50,169 bases of DNA from a virus. The DNA lies in the IMG/VR virus record IMGVR_UViG_3300037311_000346. One strand, written 5' to 3'. Shown here piece after piece: positions 48,769 to 50,169 of this stretch. The first letter of the stretch is position 1. Each line of letters starts with the position of its first letter. The notes below the pieces were generated by a model, which did no database searches, was not told the origin of the DNA, and worked only from the letters and a program-made list of their open reading frames with translations. Both the position numbers and the translations under genes were made by a program.

Positions 48769-50169
48769 CTAACTGGAGAGCGCCCGGGCGATTCCGAGCA
48801 GCGCCTCGCGGTTGCGGAGGAGGTGCGGCGTCTTCTCCGCGGTTTCGATCGCGGCGCCGAGCGAGAGCAGCGGGCCGCCGCCCGAGAGGTGCTGCCGGAT
48901 CCGACGGACGACGAGCTCGTCCGAGGCGCCGGCGAGCGCGAGGCGTATCGCGAGCGTGTAGCCGACGTGGTAGGACGAGCCCTCCGGCGAGACCCAGGGC
49001 AGCTCGTCCCAGCTTGAGAACGGCGCGCCGTGGTGCCTTGCGACCGCGAACAGGTACGGAGGCGAGGCGCGGTCGGGCGCCCAGTGGACCTCGAGCGCCG
49101 CCCGCGTCGACCGCTCGATCGCGTCGCGGAGGTCCAGGCCCTCGACGCCGGTCGCGCAGCCGATCTGCAGCAGGGCGAACGCCCCCGCGTCGACGATCGT
49201 CGACTGGTAGGACTGCGCGGCGTCGACCGGCTCGTCCGCGCCCTCGCTCGCGCGCGCCACCTCCTTGTTCCTTTGGTTGTCCCAGCGCAGCACGCTCCCG
49301 TGCGGAAACTGCCCGAGCGCGTAGGTCCCGGCGAAGTCCTCGCCCCAGGCGAACGCGCGCGCCGTTCCGTTGCACGCGAAGTCGTGGGCCTGGGCGAACG
49401 CGATCCAGCCCTCGGAGCGGGTGAAACGGACGCCGTCTTTCGGCCCGTAGAGCGCGCCCGCTGGCTGCTCGTAGTCCGTCCGGTAGGCGGAGCCGAACCA
49501 GCGGAGGATCCGCTGCGCCAGCGGGTCGTTCCAGAACGTGACGAGCGCGACAGCCTTCCCGAAGGCGCGGATCCCGTGCGCCGCGTCCGGAGAGCCGGTC
49601 AGCTCCTGCTCCGCCTCGTCGAGGCCGCCGAGTCCCTCCGGCCCGTTGCGCGCGCCGTGGCGGAAGCGGAACGGGTCGCCGCTCTCCGAGGGCCAGCAGT
49701 CCGAGACCGCCTCGCCCGCCGGCGCGGGGCCGATGACCATGTTCAGCGAGCGCGAGGCGTTGCCCTGCGCGCGCCAGAGCCCGATCTCGAAGGGCGAGTC
49801 GTCCTCGGCGGCGATGAAGCCGCGCGACCGCACAAGATAGGCGCGCTCGACCTCGTCGAGGAAGCGGAACGTCCGCGAGCTCCGCGTCAGGTACTCGAGG
49901 ACGCCCGGCGAGTGCTCGATCGCGTCGCCGCCCGTCCTTCCGCCCCAGCGGGAGTCCGCCGAGTGGTACCAGCCGAGCAGGCCGTGGACCTGGTCTGGGT
50001 GCTTCGCGCCCGTGCGCGCGCGGTAGAGGAACTCGCCCATCTCCTTGTCGGAGCCGGGCTGTATCCGAGGGAACGGAAAGCCGTCGAGCGTGATCGAGTG
50101 CGTCCGGAAGACCGAGTGCGAGGCGCCCTCGAGATCGATGTGGAACGCGTAGCCCGGGTTCACGAACCA
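48769..50169 (-). CDS. Large hypothetical protein, C-terminal part. The gene wraps the window junction and is 731 aa in total when joined to 1..922.
   Basis: ORF track 48769..50163. The frame is open to 50169 and continues in phase at 128..922 after removing the 127-nt duplicate. Normal amino-acid composition, rich in W/F/Y/H. Stop TAG at 48769-48771. Confidence 0.8.
   Translation of the reverse strand, partial: WFVNPGYAFHIDLEGASHSVFRTHSITLDGFPFPRIQPGSDKEMGEFLYRARTGAKHPDQVHGLLGWYHSADSRWGGRTGGDAIEHSPGVLEYLTRSSRTFRFLDEVERAYLVRSRGFIAAEDDSPFEIGLWRAQGNASRSLNMVIGPAPAGEAVSDCWPSESGDPFRFRHGARNGPEGLGGLDEAEQELTGSPDAAHGIRAFGKAVALVTFWNDPLAQRILRWFGSAYRTDYEQPAGALYGPKDGVRFTRSEGWIAFAQAHDFACNGTARAFAWGEDFAGTYALGQFPHGSVLRWDNQRNKEVARASEGADEPVDAAQSYQSTIVDAGAFALLQIGCATGVEGLDLRDAIERSTRAALEVHWAPDRASPPYLFAVARHHGAPFSSWDELPWVSPEGSSYHVGYTLAIRLALAGASDELVVRRIRQHLSGGGPLLSLGAAIETAEKTPHLLRNREALLGIARALSS
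50043..50169. repeat. Terminal overlap, copy 2. It is identical to 1-127.
   Basis: Same 127-nt string as at the window start. It lies inside an open reading frame. Confidence 0.95.

Noticed and set aside
47855-49375. Long N-terminal extensions offered by the track for several genes: 47855..49375, 44606..45823, 43851..44891, 32410..34260, 22847..27298, 17004..21968, 8771..10255, 7753..9288, 6753..7616 and 2306..3991.
   Set aside because: The extensions are Arg/Pro/Gly-rich junk that overlaps the upstream genes. In each case an internal ATG/GTG coincides with the upstream stop or an SD, and normal amino-acid composition begins there.

Overview
The window is a complete, circularly closed dsDNA tailed-phage genome of about 50.04 kb. 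Bases 1-127 recur exactly at 50043-50169 and a gene reads straight through that junction. G+C is very high: hand counts of typical 60-nt lines give about 70-73%. Every credible gene except one doubtful fragment lies on the minus strand. Genes are tightly packed, with 24 four-nt ATGA/GTGA stop-start overlaps.

Modules in transcription order (descending coordinates):
- A 731-aa unknown protein that wraps the window ends.
- An accessory block containing an intact secreted Cys-type sulfatase and an XRE regulator.
- A recombination/replication block: SMC/SbcC-like ATPase, HNH, RusA, an initiator-like gene with internal iterons, a putative annealing protein and a YqaJ exonuclease.
- A 350-nt non-coding region with tandem intrinsic terminators.
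- Small proteins and a membrane/lipoprotein (lysis-like) cluster.
- A lambda-like tail module: two fibre genes, a J-like 1585-aa protein, K-like NlpC/P60, an L-like protein, a 1215-aa giant protein, the tape measure, G/GT chaperones with a probable -1 frameshift, and the major tail protein.
- Connector genes and an HK97-type head module: capsid, protease-scaffold, portal fused to a Mu F-like domain, TerL and a TerS-like protein.
- A cluster of small proteins plus an ASCH-like protein, a Gp37/Gp68 (DUF5131) protein, a DUF551-like protein, a GT-A-like glycosyltransferase and a ParB-like nuclease-domain protein.

I found no integrase, tRNA, CRISPR array, reverse transcriptase or recognisable muramidase-type endolysin. 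The long plus-strand ORFs in the track (for example 203..1762, 2297..3955, 22463..26428, 26716..30057) are Arg/Ala/Pro/Gly-rich antisense artefacts of the high G+C content.

All functional calls rest on motifs read by eye. None was checked against a database.
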